Below, piece after piece: positions 1-13,450 of a stretch of 51,622 nt of DNA (position 1 is the first letter of the stretch; each line of letters begins with the position of its first letter). The stretch is taken from positions 434,001-485,622 of the forward strand of contig JALDZX010000012.1 in NCBI GenBank assembly GCA_022813865.1, written 5' to 3'. The notes below the pieces were generated by a model that saw only the letters and a program-made list of their open reading frames with translations, made no database searches and had not been told where the DNA came from. The translations under genes were made by a program, and so were the position numbers. The stretch is from Xylographa opegraphella. Lineage: Eukaryota.

Positions 1-1289
1 TTCGCTGCGAACCCGCTCCAGAACATATTCTTCACGATTGGGCTCCCCGCTTCCAGTTTAGCAAGAATACCTTTCCGAACGGTCTCCCACACTTGAGGAA
101 CGCCGACCAATATTGAAGGCTTGAATTCCCTAATATCACCCTTACAATTACGCACAGAGGTGTCGGATATGGTTTTGGCATTTCCATAACCCATCGTGCC
201 ACCCCAGTATAGGCATGCATTCTCGAATACAAACTCGAGAATATGAGCTAAGGGTAAATAGGTCAGTAGGCCATCTCCAGGTCCGATAAAGGGTCCGACT
301 ATAGTGGTGACTCCAGCGACTAACATCCATGTCAGTAGGCTCATCCTGATCCCAAAGAACATATTACGAACTTGCTGCAACAACAGCTTTATGCTTCAGT
401 GGGACACCCTTCGGCGTACCCGTAGAGCCGGATGTATACATTATGCAGCAAAGGTCTTCCCGGTCCGGTAATACAATGTCAACGGGGTTCTCTTCGCCTA
501 GCTTTCTTAACTCCTCAAAACTCATAATCGTCAAACGATCATGAGTGCTCTTCAACTTGGATATGTCATCCTGCTTGACCTCGCCACGGTTGTTGTATAT
601 GACGTACATGACCCCCGTTGCGTCTTTGAGTGGATTAAGAATGGTTGGCAGAAGGTTAGGATCACAGTAGATAGCCTTCGCTTTTGTTTGCACGAGAGAA
701 TGTTTCAACCCTTCTTGGCCCAAAGTGTCGTAGGCGGTAGCGATTGCCATAGACTGGGACATTGACCCGTGTGCCATACTAAGCCACCAAGGACTACACA
801 CCACAACCTTAGCATCGCGGTAGAGATCTGTAGCTCTGAAATGGGTTACCTTGTTGAAGCAAACAGGTGTACCCTGTCACCAGCGGTCATTCCAATCTTC
901 CTAAGCCCTGCCCCAATCTGAAGCGCCATTCTTTCATATTCAACAAAGCTCATATACGTATATTTGCTCAATTCGAAATATGTCCATTTCTTCTCCACTT
1001 CTTGGGCCTTTCCATCGATTATCTTCTTGACTTTCTTGGTCTCCTGATGCGTTCTGATAAGATCCCTCCATCCCAGAGCCTTGGCGTTTCCAAACTTGTC
1101 TGCACTTCGCTTGAGAATATCCACAATAGTTCTGACGTCCTCTGATGGATTACTGATGAGCCCATCTTTTGCTGCAGGATTCACCCTCGGAATAGTTTCG
1201 CCGTCGACTTTCTTGTAGCCTTTTGCTTCGATACTAAATGGACCCTTGCCCTGCATATGTGGATATATGACTTGAATAGGATGAGCCAT
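1..1289 (-). CDS. FAA1: Long-chain fatty acyl-CoA synthetase (Faa1/Faa4 family), 5' part; runs off the left edge of the window
   Basis: ATG at 1289. Exons approx 1289-850, 793-372 and 319-<1, separated by GT..AG introns. Contains the AMP-binding motif CIMYTSGSTGTPKGV and family segments such as KKWTYFELSKY and TAYDTLG. Confidence 0.93.
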
Positions 1290-1801
1290 CTCGTGACGTG
1301 GGGCCTGGAAGTACGCCTTGGCTAGAAAGGTCGCTGGCTATCGGTTGTGGAATGAGACGGTGAATCGAGGAACCAGGGATGAGGTGGCGATGTGACTGAA
1401 GAACAAAGCGCCGGTTTGAATGTTGATGGGAAATCACGCAAAACTGGTAGATGTCAACGATTAGCTTAATTGTAGAGAGTCACAGCTCTTCAAGCTTTAA
1501 TACCTAAGCTCAACCGACGTAATAACCTGAAGAAGAAGCGGGAGCGACACTAAACTGCTTTGGAGATAGAGGGGCTCTTGGGGCGCAAAGTCAACGATAA
1601 TAAGCACTGCAGCCTACCTCAATCAGAGGAATATTCGTATCATTAGTGATCCGGCTGTAAGGTGGTGGTCGCTTTGAGGCTGGCTCCAGAAGGGTAGGAA
1701 GCATGCGAGGCGCATCAGGAAACCAACGTTGTCCTAGCTTGAGACAATTGTTGGGCCTTCTCTCACGCTCAGTGGCTTCGCCCCGTGGCCTCGCCCCGTG
1801 G

Positions 1802-1807
1802 CCTCGG
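1802..1807. promoter_or_regulatory. CCTCGG motif (candidate FarA/FarB fatty-acid-induction site) at the end of a 13-bp tandem repeat
   Basis: TCGCCCCGTGGCC x2 is followed by TCGG, ~510 bp upstream of the acyl-CoA synthetase ATG. CCTCGG/CCGAGG is the known FarA/FarB core in Aspergillus nidulans. Confidence 0.4.
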
Positions 1808-1907
1808 CAAAAATTGTTGTCCCTCAAATCATCACGAGCTATCCGCGTGTGACATGAGAAACATGCCGTCATACGAGATGTGATGCGCAAAATAGCTCAA
1901 TCTCGAC

Positions 1908-2853
1908 ATGGCTCTTCCTGAGCTATTGAAGCTGCTCGGGGAAGAGATCATGGATCCCGAAGAAGGTATATAAGCTGAGGCTAGTCGTACGAGTCACTGA
2001 CAGTCATACAGAGTCTTTCCTGCTGTTTTCACAAGCATTACCGTCACAAAACCTTGGTTTCGTGGACCCAAAGGCAACGTCAATCGACCTTACCATAGCT
2101 GGACGGGACATCACAGTCCAACAATCACCGACAATTCTTGCCTCAGACCATCCTGAAGGTACTACCGGGGCAGTTTTATGGCGTGTGAGCCTGCTGTTCG
2201 CAGACTGGATTTCACGTACTGAAAACTCGTTGTTTTCTCACTCTATCCTTCGGTCAGATTCAATAGTGCTGGAGCTTGGTTCTGGCATTGCTGGCATTGT
2301 AGGACTGGCTTTAGCTCCACAGATTGGTCGATTTATCGCTACGGACCAAGAACATTTGTTGAAGGCCCTGAAGCAAAATATTTGCCAAAACTCGACCAAG
2401 ACCAAGGCCGCAAATGCCTCGAACAGATCTAATAAATCTACCATTAAAAGAAACGGGCAATCAAGGGAAGCATCCAACATTGAGGTCGTTGCTCTCGATT
2501 GGGAACTGAGTTCAATCTCGTCATTGCCTGACTTGCTTGGAGGTACTAGCACTGTTGATGTGTTGATAGGATGCGACTGCATTTACAACGAGGCTCTTAT
2601 TGATCCATTCGTTCGAACATGTGCCGAGATCTGTGAGCTACGAATTCGAGATGAGTTGTGGCCCCCTACAGTATGTATAGTGGCGCAACAGCTTCGGTCG
2701 CCTGATGTCTTCGAGGCTTGGGCTAAAGCTTTCCATAAGTCTTTCAGATTCTGGAGGCTGCCAGACGAACTGCTACACCAAGGCTTAAGGACTGATTCGG
2801 GTTATATCTTACATTTAGGCGTTCTACGTCAGGCACTAGCCAGAAAATTATGA
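1908..2853 (+). CDS. RKM5: Seven-beta-strand protein lysine methyltransferase (Methyltransf_16, Rkm5-like)
   Basis: ATG at 1908 (MALPELLKLLGEEIMDPEE), one short intron ~1966-2011, then ESFLLFSQ..NLGFVDP. Motifs GTTGAVLW, VLELGSGIAG, IATDQ, LDWE and CDCIYNE. Confidence 0.82.
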
Positions 2854-5305
2854 AGTCAGAGTACAAGAGTAAACTAGGCATGTCTAAGATTGAATCTATG
2901 CCATGTATTATGGTTTCTAGAGAATCCCATAGCTCTTCAGGTAATTTCTGCTGTATATCTCATGTTAGGTTGTTGACCCTGTGGCTTCTTGCACTTACTG
3001 ATAAACCAGTCTGGAAAGGAAGAAGCCTATATAAACTCACTACTGACGTAGTCTCCGCTTAAGGACTTCAGACGGCCGAAAGAGCATCTACAAGATATCC
3101 ATTCCGGATTCTCTCCGTCACGAGCGGGCTTTGTCATTGGCTCCCAATCATATGAATGTTTCGAGCTATTGTCACTCTTTTCGATGACTGCGAAGATCCG
3201 CTGAAACCGTATGATGCCGGACTTGAAGTACAGATTGTTCTGTTTTAAGAGCCTTGGCCTGGCAGTGCAGTCACTTTCGAGTTATAGTGCAACTAGATAG
3301 CCTGCCGATCACAATCTATCATTTTCAGTGGTACGCTCCTCGGTGTCGGTCGCCGAATATTTGCTTTTGAAGGGATTCTGCGTCGCCATTTCTTTCAGCC
3401 TCAACCACCAGTACTTCGCACTGCTCGATCACCTGCACCTTGGTCTCAACATAAAATTTTACGTCATGGACGCTCGTCATATGCGCTCCCATTTCTTACA
3501 CTTCCTCGGAATCGAACTTTTGAGAGCTCCCAACTCAGCATCTAAGCGATACGAACCTCCGTCGAAGTGTAGAGGAGTAGTAGACCACTCAAGCTCAATG
3601 CTGATTGGGTGCTTAGACCGTTCGTTTATGGGCTCTGCGGACCGAACCTCTTGGCTGTCTCTGGCTATTTCCTGAGCCTCATGCTTTCATTTCTCTTGCA
3701 AGCGCAGTGCTATCAAGCTCGGCTTCGGCTGGTTGTAGTTCAGCATGTTTCGCGAACCGCTTTGATGTAAATAGTGCGATCGCGCCTCTGCTTAATTTAC
3801 GCTTATACTGCTGCATCATCTGAGTTCTTGAATAAAGACCGTTTCATATGTAATCACCTCTTGTCCAATACTACCTACATCATCCTCATAAGCTCGTTTC
3901 TCCAGGTGGTTCATCCATCCATCATATTCAGCCACTTTTTGCCGCAAAAGTTCCAAGTCTAGCATCTTCCCTTATTAATGATTTTAAGCCATGTTACGAG
4001 AGTGATCTCAAACTACTCCGGCCCTTGAAGTCTCAAGTCTGAATTCCCCACGTGGAAAGCTATTCGAGTGTCAGTCGTTGCATAGATTGTGGGCCAGCTT
4101 ATCAGTTCTGGCAGAACTAAGAGTAATCTTGACTCTAACATCTATTACAAGTTCCGGAGAGATTCCTCGTTCCGAGATCCTTGAATTATTTGCAGCTCAA
4201 GCCAGTATTCTGATCGCGGCCGTTGAGAGAAGGCACAGAGTGTCGAGCCTCGGGTAAGATTGTGTTTGAATGATTGAAGGCTCGGCTTGAGCCTAGTACA
4301 AGTGACGATTGTGATTGCGTCATGAACCAAAGCAGCTAATTCAACACAATGTATGGAAGCACCAAACGAGACTCGTTGCCATTTATATTTACCTAGAAAG
4401 CGGAATATATCGACAGTTGATAGATTACGGTTCCCGCTTTGGTGATGCTATGTGCACTTGCATGTATCTTTTCTTCAAATTTCTGTAAGACGCAGCTTTT
4501 CTCGGTGGTTCTATGGGTCCGTATATCTCTTTATTCTGACCAACAACAGATCAATAACCATCACATTCACTTGTACCTCTATAGTTTACTCAGTCTTTCG
4601 GCATTGTTTCCTGAATACCATTTGAGTCACGAAGGAAGTTTACCGTTCTTTACAAGGACCGTTTGTTTGTCATTCAATCATGCCGGAGAACGATCCTGTC
4701 AGCATCGTTCATAGCCCCCTTGCAGAGCCCATGTCACGGCGACGTTTAGAGCGTTTCAGCAGTAAATCAAGAGGGTAGTTTTGTGAGACACCAGACAGCT
4801 GAACGATGTTGATTCAACTTTGATAGTATGGTCAGACTGATGATAACGCTACTTGAGGAACAGTGGCGCTACCAAAAACGGGCGTTCTGGGTCAGTAAGG
4901 TATAAGGCTCTCAAAGATGCCGAGCTTGCTTCTTCGAAAGTGCAAGGATGGGTTCTTGTTATAGATGCCGTCAAGGACATCCCATTCTGTTTTGAATAGC
5001 AAGGTCCAATGAAGATATCGGAATATTTGTAAGAACATGCTTCATGGGTTGATTAGGCCGTACCAATTGTGTGTGCATCTGAGTCTCAGAGAACATTTTT
5101 GTGCCAATTACAAAGCTTAACAATCCTATATCGTATTCAGTATTCAATGTGGGAGTTACGGCAGAAGTAAGAGCGGACCTTGAAATAGAAGTTCTTATGC
5201 TCCAATCCTGGTCGCGCCTCTCACAAGCGCAGCCGCGCTGGAAGCGATTCCATCTCGGAGCATGGCCCAAAATCGCAAGTCCTCTTACGTATCTTTTGAC
5301 CCAGT

Positions 5306-7427
5306 ATGGACGATGAGCAAGAGCATAAACCGAAACGAAGGCGGTTTCATCTTGTAGACAAGACTAGAAACCGATCGGCTATTAACTCAACGCTGCATAT
5401 AGATGACAGTGCTACGAGGATTACTTCGATCGCTAATGTTTCTACCTCAAGCTCACTAACACGGCCCATCAGCCCGCCTATGATCAGAAGAAGCAAGGAG
5501 GTCTCTGTCGATCTTACTGAAGAACATATACTTCCCACCAGTGGATCTGTAGCCCCTGATATCGCGAAACAATATACTCCTTCGGGCATCGAGCTCATCC
5601 CTTCTCCCATACATTTAACAAAGGTTGAAGGTCTTTCATCAGCGCTTAATATAGACACCTTCAGTCTTCAAGACCTTGTCGGAGACCCTCTTATCAGAGA
5701 ATGCTGGGTGTTCAACTATCTATTCGATGTGGAGTTTCTCATGTGAGAGCTTTTTTGGATATTGTCTCGTTTTCTGACAGCCTTGCAGAAGCAAGCTTGA
5801 CGAGGATGTTCGAGAGAAGGTGCAATTGAAGATTATTCATGGATCGTGGAAGAAAGAGGATGGTAATCGGCTGGCTATCGAAGTACTGCAACTATTGCCA
5901 CCAAATGATTTCAAGGCACATTTACTGACAACGATCTGGGAATTGAAGGAGGCTGTGAACAGTCACAAGAATGTCAAGTCTATCACTGCTTATATGCCAG
6001 AAGCATTTGGCACACATCACTCCAAGATGATAATCAATATCCGACATGACAATTGTGCTCAGTTAGTCACCACCCATGCTTGAGGAGTATCGCTTGCCTT
6101 AGGCTCAGTCCATAAATTCCACACGTCTGGAAGGACTATGTGCCCCTTTTGTGGTTTGTTTCTTTGCGAACTGTCCAATAGCTACCGTTACTACAATGCG
6201 TCTATCTTGGGATCACCTGCTAACACTTCTAGGATCAATATTATAACGGCAAATATAGTTCCGGGGGATTGGAAGATGTGCCAAGCCGTGTGGAGATCTC
6301 CACTTCTTCCTGTGAACGAGGCAGTTTCAAAATCATCATCTCAGTCAGTTCTCCCGAAAGTGGGAACCGGAGACAGGTTCAAAGTCGATATCATTGCCTA
6401 CCTAAACACATACGGCAACAAACTCAAGAGTTTGACAGTACAGCTCAGAGAATATGACTTTAGTGACATTCATGCAGCGTTGGTAGCGAGCACTCCAGGG
6501 CGTCAGAACCTGAGGAGTACCGATCCCCAACAAGAAGCACTATGGGGCTGGCCAGGTCTGGAAAATGTCCTTCGTAGCGTCCCAACCACCTCAGGACAGC
6601 GGCCACATGTGGTGATGCAGGTATCATCTGTTGCCAGCCTAAGGTCAGGCGACTCTTGGCTTCGAGAGACCTTTCAGGAGACTCTTGCAAGCACATCTAC
6701 CGCCGGCATGCCCTTGCAGGCAAAACCAAGCTTTTCGCTCGTCTTTCCCATCGCAGATTCTATTCGGAGGTCTGTGGACGGCTATGGCTCCGGTGGTTCG
6801 ATCCACATGAAGACTCAGTCATCACAAGGCATGAAGCAGATGAAATATCTGCGACCACTACTATGCCATTGGAGCAGCGACCGATCGGAAAGTACAGTAT
6901 CAGGAAGATTGACAGGACGTGGCAGAAGTTCCTTGATACCGTGCCCCGCTCGCGAAGCCGGCAGAAGAAGAGCAGCACCGCACATTAAAACATACATCAG
7001 ATTTACGGACGATTCAATGACATGCATTGACTGGGCCATGGTGACAAGTGCAAACCTCTCAACTCAAGCATGGGGAGCGAAGGAGAATACCAGCCATGAG
7101 GTGCGTATTTGCAGCTACGAGATTGGAGTCGTCGTTTGGCCTAGCTTATGGGGCAATGACGTCGAAATGGTGCCGACCTTTGCTAAAGATACGCCAGACG
7201 TCGAGACGTCTGCTCATGGCAATGTAGCGGGCATTTACCAACAAAACAGCTTTCTTGCAGGCGCTGAGGACAATGGAGGCGCAAACGTAAAGATTCGTAA
7301 AAAAATTGGTGTCAGAATGCCATACGATCTACCTCTAGTGCCATACCAAGAAAACGAAATGCCGTGGTGTACGACTATGCCTGATAATGAACCGGACTGG
7401 ATGGGTAGAACATGGCCTGGTTTTTGA
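5306..7427 (+). CDS. TDP1: Tyrosyl-DNA phosphodiesterase 1
   Basis: Introns 5743-5788, 5883-5948 and 6062-6232. Both HxK catalytic motifs are present (FGTHHSKM and AAPHIKTY), plus TSANLSTQAWG, SYEIGV and MPYDLPL. Confidence 0.95.
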
Positions 7428-8712
7428 ATAAACGAATATTGCCCTTAGCGGTGCTGGATCTCGATATGTCAGTTTCTAAATTGACTAGGCGTTTAAAGTA
7501 ACTATAAAATGCTCACTAGCATTTATTTCATGGCTATTAGGTAAAATTGGGCTGGAAACCTGAATATGAAAAACAAAATATCTGCTTGAGGTTTGAAGCA
7601 TTGGACAGCATTGTGAAGTCGATCTCAAGACGAAAATGTCGTATCCGATGAAAATATCCGGTGAACTCGTTCTGAAGAACATGACGACCATACCGTGATT
7701 CAAGAGGAGGAGGATTCAATAGATCGATCTCTATTCAGCCGAAAAACCTCCCCATCAGCACCGGGTCGAGATCAATCTATCGGTCATGTGTCAACACATC
7801 GTGGTTGAGAGTAGTGTACTTTATGACAATAAAGATTTCGATGATCGACTCCATTCAGTGAAATGTCGGCAGATACCACACCCACATTATACATCCTCAT
7901 AAAAGCAAGAAATAGCCCAGATGTCTCTCAGCTACCCTCCGGTTTCTTGTTGGGGTCGAAACCGTACTTTGGTTTGAGCTCCTCCACAAACTTTACATAC
8001 TGTTGCTGTGCTTGAGTTGAGGTCACTCCCTCATCAACCATTTTCTTCCACGCATTGTACTTGTATTTCGCCTAACATATGTTTGGTTAGTCTGGTTCGG
8101 TGTGGTCGAGAGAGCTTTTAGAATAATAGAACCGAACCATATGCGTCGTGGAAAGCCTATGATTGCGATTATAGGTCTGAGACGGAAGCACCAACCTGAA
8201 AGTCGAAAGCACCCGGTTGCTTAGCTGAGGCAAATGATGTGTTATGCGCAATCTTGAATAGACCGTACAGCTAGGTAGAACATCGTATCAGCATATTGCT
8301 GATTGATTGCTTATCCATCACAAGAAAGGGGTTGGGTTTTCGGACCTTGAGACGTTCGTCATCCGCTGGTTGTTTCGTGAGCTTCTTGACATCAACAGCG
8401 GCTTTCTCAAACACAGCGGAGGTCGGCATGATGGAAGAGTATAAGTGTATAAAGGCTATGTTCAGCGTAATAGTACCTAGGCAGAATTACGAGCTTTCCG
8501 TCTCAGGATGATTGTGGGGTAGTAAGGCAATCTGATAGCGGGGTTAATATAAGCGCGCGGACCGGCGCCGCTTCAAAGCTGGGGTCGTATCCTGTCTTGG
8601 ACGAGCTTCACGCTTGAGTAACGGTTGGTTCAATTTCAGGTTTGAGGTCTCATTAGCAACTTGTGCATCATGTTTTCCTAGCCTTTCATCTGGTCATATG
8701 GTCGCTGTAATC

Positions 8713-10691
8713 ATGGCTCCACGTCTTATTCTACGCCCAAGCTCTTTGGGGAGTCTCAAGAGGAAACACGCAGATTCGCTACGAGATTGTGCATTCCTCT
8801 CAGGAAAACCTGGCTTTTTCCGGTTGGAGGCTAGGAGGCCATGTTCACCAGTTTCACAAGTAGTCACAAAGATAACTCGTCGCCATGTATCAAATACACG
8901 AGAAACTGCAGCAGATGCCAGATCTTTTGTGACTCGATTCAAGAATTTTTTCTTGGGAACAGCCATTGGAACATCTCTTATCCTCGGTTACCTCTATATT
9001 ACCGATACTAGAGCTGGAGTGCACCAGTGGGTTGTAGTGCCTTCACTTAGGTGGCTTTACGATGATGCCGAAGACGCTCATGAGGCTGGGACGAAAGCCT
9101 TAAAAGCTCTCTACAGTCTTGGTTTACATCCACGAGAGCGGGCGAATTCGGATACTGCAGGAGACTTGTCGGTAAAGGTCAGGAAAATCTTGAGTCGTGT
9201 CTGATGTCCTCTCAAGTGTGTCTAATAAACACAACGCAGGTCTTCGGACATACTCTCCTCAACCCAATTGGTACCAGTGCTGGCATTGATAAGCACGCAG
9301 AACTTCCTTCGGCTCTGTTAGCTTTAGGACCAGCAATTGTTGAGGTAGGTGGCGCAACACCATATCCTCAGGATGGCAACCCTAAGCCAAGAGTGTGGCG
9401 GTTGCCATCACAAAAGGGTTTCATTAATCGATATGGTCTCAATTCAGAAGGAGCTGATGCCATGGCTATGAGACTGAGACAGAGACTGAGGGAATACGCA
9501 TACACTATGGGCTTTGGTATCGATGAGGTGGCAGAGCAGAGAATCCTGGACGGCGAGGCTGGTGTTCCTCCTGGTTCGCTCGTTGAAGGAAAATTAATGG
9601 CTGTTCAAGTTGCGAAAAATAGTTTCACGCCAGACAATGATATCGAGGCCATCAAGCAAGACTATGTGTATTGTGTCAATGCACTTGCGAAATATTCAGA
9701 TATAATTGTGGTCAATGTCTCTTCCCCTAACACAGTTGGACTCAGGGATTTGCAGAAAGTCGAGCCTCTTACCAACATTCTCACCGCTGTTGTTGCAGCA
9801 GCTCAAAGAGCCGATCGTAAGACAAGCCCGACTGTCATGGTTAAAGTGAGTCCAGATGAGGACTCGGAGGAACAGGTTCGAGGGATAGTCGACGCCGTAT
9901 GGAAGTCAGGAGTAGACGGAGTCATTGTGGGAAATACAACAAAACGACGACACGACTTGATTGCGCCTGGCCATACACTTCCAGATCGAGAAGCCGCTGT
10001 GTTACTCCAGCAAGGAGGCTATTCGGGACCTCAATTATTTAGCCGAACAGTCAGCCTCGTCAAGCGATATCGACGGTTGCTGGACGATGGTATGTATGCC
10101 GATGCGCCAAAGTCCCCGGAATCTTCTAGTTTCTCTCCGAACAAGCCGGTAGTCGATACAGGCTTACCCGATAGTCCGACCAAGAACAACAACGAGGAGA
10201 CCGTAGCAGACAAGATCGAAGCGACTGTACAGCGTGATCTTGCTAACCTGAAAGACTCAAATCCAGAGGCGGAGGCGGAGTCAAAGTCCCAACCACTAAT
10301 ACATTTGCCGGCCCGGAATAGTCCTTTATCCTCGACAACGTCCTCGGAGGAGGATGCTCCAGCGCTCTCTTCCTCGAGTCATATAGACCAGTTACTATCG
10401 TCAGACCGAGATCTCCCATCGAAAACAGCCCCTTCTCCTCAATCGGTTCCATCATCTCCTCTTTCCGCAGTCCCCACCACGTCAAGGAAATCTGTATCGA
10501 CAACTCCTTCGACTCGGAACCAGAAAGTGATCTTTGCCACTGGAGGCATCACGAATGGCAAGCAAGCGCTTGAAGTCCTTGAAGCAGGCGCTAGCGTGGC
10601 TCAAATATACACAGCCCTCATATATTCCGGTGTTGGGACTGTCAGTCGCATCAAGGATGAGATGCGGCAGGAGATGAGGACTCGGAAATGA
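8713..10691 (+). CDS. URA9: Mitochondrial class-2 dihydroorotate dehydrogenase (quinone)
   Basis: Arg/Ser-rich presequence, TM helix and DAEDAH quinone-site helix; intron 9178-9239. Motifs NPIGTSAGIDK, QDGNPKPRV, INRYGLNS, VNVSSPNT, VKVSPD, GGYSGP and IFATGGI. Confidence 0.95.
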
Positions 10692-11121
10692 AGCAGCGTA
10701 ATACTAAGCGATGCATACAGATTATAGATAATACAGGTCTATACTCTATGATCATAAGATATAGCCCGAATCTAATTTTGACTCTATGAATAATATGACC
10801 TTTCTGAGCTACACTATCGTGCATGGAAGGGCCTGGTCACTACTGAGGCTCTGATCCGCATTTGAAACGAAACTTTCTACGCAGCACAAAGTGTTTGCGG
10901 GGCTCGCGCAAAGTTTTCTATCATTCAAAGGATACCTAGACAAAAGTCCACCATGTTTTAGAACTACTGATGCCCACATTTAGTAGAAAGCAGGTTTCAA
11001 TTATTTTGCATATTGACAAGGCTGGCGCGGCAAATCTTGGAATATATCCTAGCCGCCACAAAAACTTCTTCCTGGACGGTTCTCATACTACGGCAGCACA
11101 ATTTATAGTAGTGCTGCAGCC

Positions 11122-11397
11122 ATGTCGCTTTGGCAGTCAGTATTCCTTAGTTCATTTATGCAACTTTACTACACAGCATCAACACTGACTTTGCTAATCT
11201 GTAGATCTTACACCACGACTACTCCCAGGACACGCCTTCTCTTAGGACTCGGCATCATCACATGGGGCGGCCTTGGGCTCCTGGTAACAGATCAAGCGGA
11301 AAAGAAGTTCAATATGGTACCAACAAATGAAGACAAAGAAAAGCTAGGAGAGGCAATGCCAAAAATTACCATTGTAGAGAGAGGGGCCAGGAGCTAG
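11122..11397 (+). CDS. Small single-pass membrane protein of unknown function (~68 aa after splicing)
   Basis: ATG at 11122; intron 11136-11204 (GTCAGT..GCTAAT..TAG). Spliced product MSLWQSYTTTTPRTRLLLGLGIITWGGLGLLVTDQAEKKFNMVPT.. has one hydrophobic helix and resembles conserved small fungal proteins. Confidence 0.72.
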   Translation: MSLWQSVFLSSFMQLYYTASTLTLLICRSYTTTTPRTRLLLGLGIITWGGLGLLVTDQAEKKFNMVPTNEDKEKLGEAMPKITIVERGARS

Positions 11398-12182
11398 GAG
11401 AATTCTCACTGCATCAAAGTCATCATACGGGTTTGTCCCAGGTCTCGTTTTAGGCTCAGGTCGGGGCAGGGGAAATATTTGGACGGCTTTGTTAGCGGTG
11501 TCAAAATCAGACGATATAGAAAATCTCCGATCCGGTCCATCAGCCCCGACAATCACCAGATCCTGTCAGTCATGGCATATAAGTTTACTGGCATGGCCAG
11601 ATACTTGTTCTCGTTATAGCCGAAGGGCTGAACAACAAAACAATATTTCGAACCTCTCTGGCTGATAGGGCCTACGGGCGCAGCTACACAATCCTCAACG
11701 ACCAATTAAGCAGCCAACCATGCTGATGGAAGCTCTTGTGTGGTACTCCAAAGAGAGTAGAGCGGCTGTCTCTGAATGAGTTCATGAGGATCGAAGCATT
11801 GCTAGGTCATGTGGCTTGCGGCCCCGTGCATCTAGTCCATGCACATGATCGCCGCATAATAGCTGGGTGCCTGAATTCTGCCGCTCAGTGTCACGGTGAA
11901 TTCAGCCGAATATTTAGTTTCAAGTTAGGCCGTGATTGTTCAGTTTCGGGAGCCTGATGAGACTTTCTCATTAGCAAGAACGTTCGATAACTAGCTAGCA
12001 TGCCAGCTCGACAAGTACGATTCTCGATTATTCACATAATGTACCTGCATAGGATACTCTGAGATCACTGCGAATAAATATCCTTGAACACCTCCCAGTG
12101 CATATCCATTTGCTGAATTTATCCATGCAAGTTCGTAGCTCAAGCCCTCATAACTCCCATACGATACTCTGTCAGATTCGAC

Positions 12183-13152
12183 CTAGAAACAAAAGTAGCC
12201 CACACTTCCAAGCCCCAGTAGGCCAATGCCATACCACCAAATCTTATCAGCATTATATGGCTCGTTATGTGGCATGATCGCATTCTTGTTTAATGGCTCT
12301 TTGAAATCACCGAGATCCTCGAAACTACGCTTCGCATTTGCTGTGTTAGTTGATGACACTTTCCCGGCCGACGTTGCCGAGGCGGTGGGGTTCAATGTCT
12401 GGGTCGGTAGCATTTGAGGTGGATTGTAGGCGAGGTACATTGGGGCCATAGGAGCGCCGTTGAACTGGAAGAGGTCAAGGCGGGGAATATTGTGGTAGGG
12501 ATCCGAGTAGACTTCATAGCGCTAAGTGAAGATGAAAGAGTTAACACTGCAGTGTGGTCGGATCCGACATCATTCGGCAATGGTCAGACTTACGGTGAAG
12601 AGCTCTGACTGATTGTAGCGAGTGTAGATGGATTGTGATAAGCAGGGAGTCGACTCCAGCTGGCGGCCGTCAACTCCGAAAGGTGAGAGGGTGAGTGAGC
12701 CGTTAGATAGCTTTTGGAAGGTTCCGTGTTGCCATTGTATGATACCTTGCGGACACGCCGGGTTTTGAGCTGCGTGGTCTCATCAGTAGTCTTCGACATA
12801 TGTAAGCGGTTGAATTTACGATTTGATATTGCTCGGTAATAAGCTTCTTCGTAATGGCCATCAGCGGTAAAAGAATACGCGATACCCGGGAGTGAGGGCT
12901 CATGCATCTTGTCGTTAACGGGATCGTAGAAACCCTGGACTATATGTCAGATACAATTACTCTACAAACACCCGCTGTTTTATTCCATATCTTGGGTCTC
13001 TAGAGTTCCCAGAGGTGTGCGCTTGAACATACCGGTCCTGTAAAGACACTCCGGGATTTTGTCGACCATGTGCCTACCAGATCAGACTGCGCTAAAGTGA
13101 ACGGAAGTAAGGCTACGCCCGCAAGCAAGATTGATCGCAACGAGAGTAACAT
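12183..13152 (-). CDS. ROT1: ER chaperone Rot1
   Basis: Signal peptide followed by [47 protein letters not shown] and [15 protein letters not shown]-terminal TM helix; 3 introns. Confidence 0.93.
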
Positions 13153-13450
13153 TTTGCTGGCTGCGAGCAAAGTTTTATAAAGGGTATACAAATCGGATCT
13201 GAAGATTTCGCGATTGCAAGCAGTTCATGGATTGATTGTCCGCCAGGGGCGTCACGGATTCTTGGCAAAACGACAAGGAAGCCACAGCCAACTAAACTAG
13301 GCGCCACGCCTATTTTTGGAATATCAAAAAGCCGTTGAGTGTCGCACGAATCTCATACTTTCTACGGTATTGCTGTAAAAAGTTACGGTCACACCGTTGA
13401 AATTCATCAAGCATGGGCATGTAGGATACCGTCCAACTTGACGTGGGAAT

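Noticed and set aside
2839..2853. RKM5 C-terminus ARKL as a PTS1; readthrough PTS1 at other stop codons
   Set aside because: RKL is not a canonical PTS1, and none of the stops checked has the TGA-CTA context followed by a PTS1.
6062..6232. Longer introns (TDP1 171 nt, kinase 188 nt, DUF1295 ~150 nt) as stwintrons or snoRNA hosts
   Set aside because: No nested donor/branch/acceptor arrangement and no convincing C/D or H/ACA boxes found by eye.
11344..11800. Possible spliced minus-strand gene overlapping the small membrane protein
   Set aside because: An acceptor-like CTGACAG exists, but no donor gives a plausible-length intron with an open frame and start codon.
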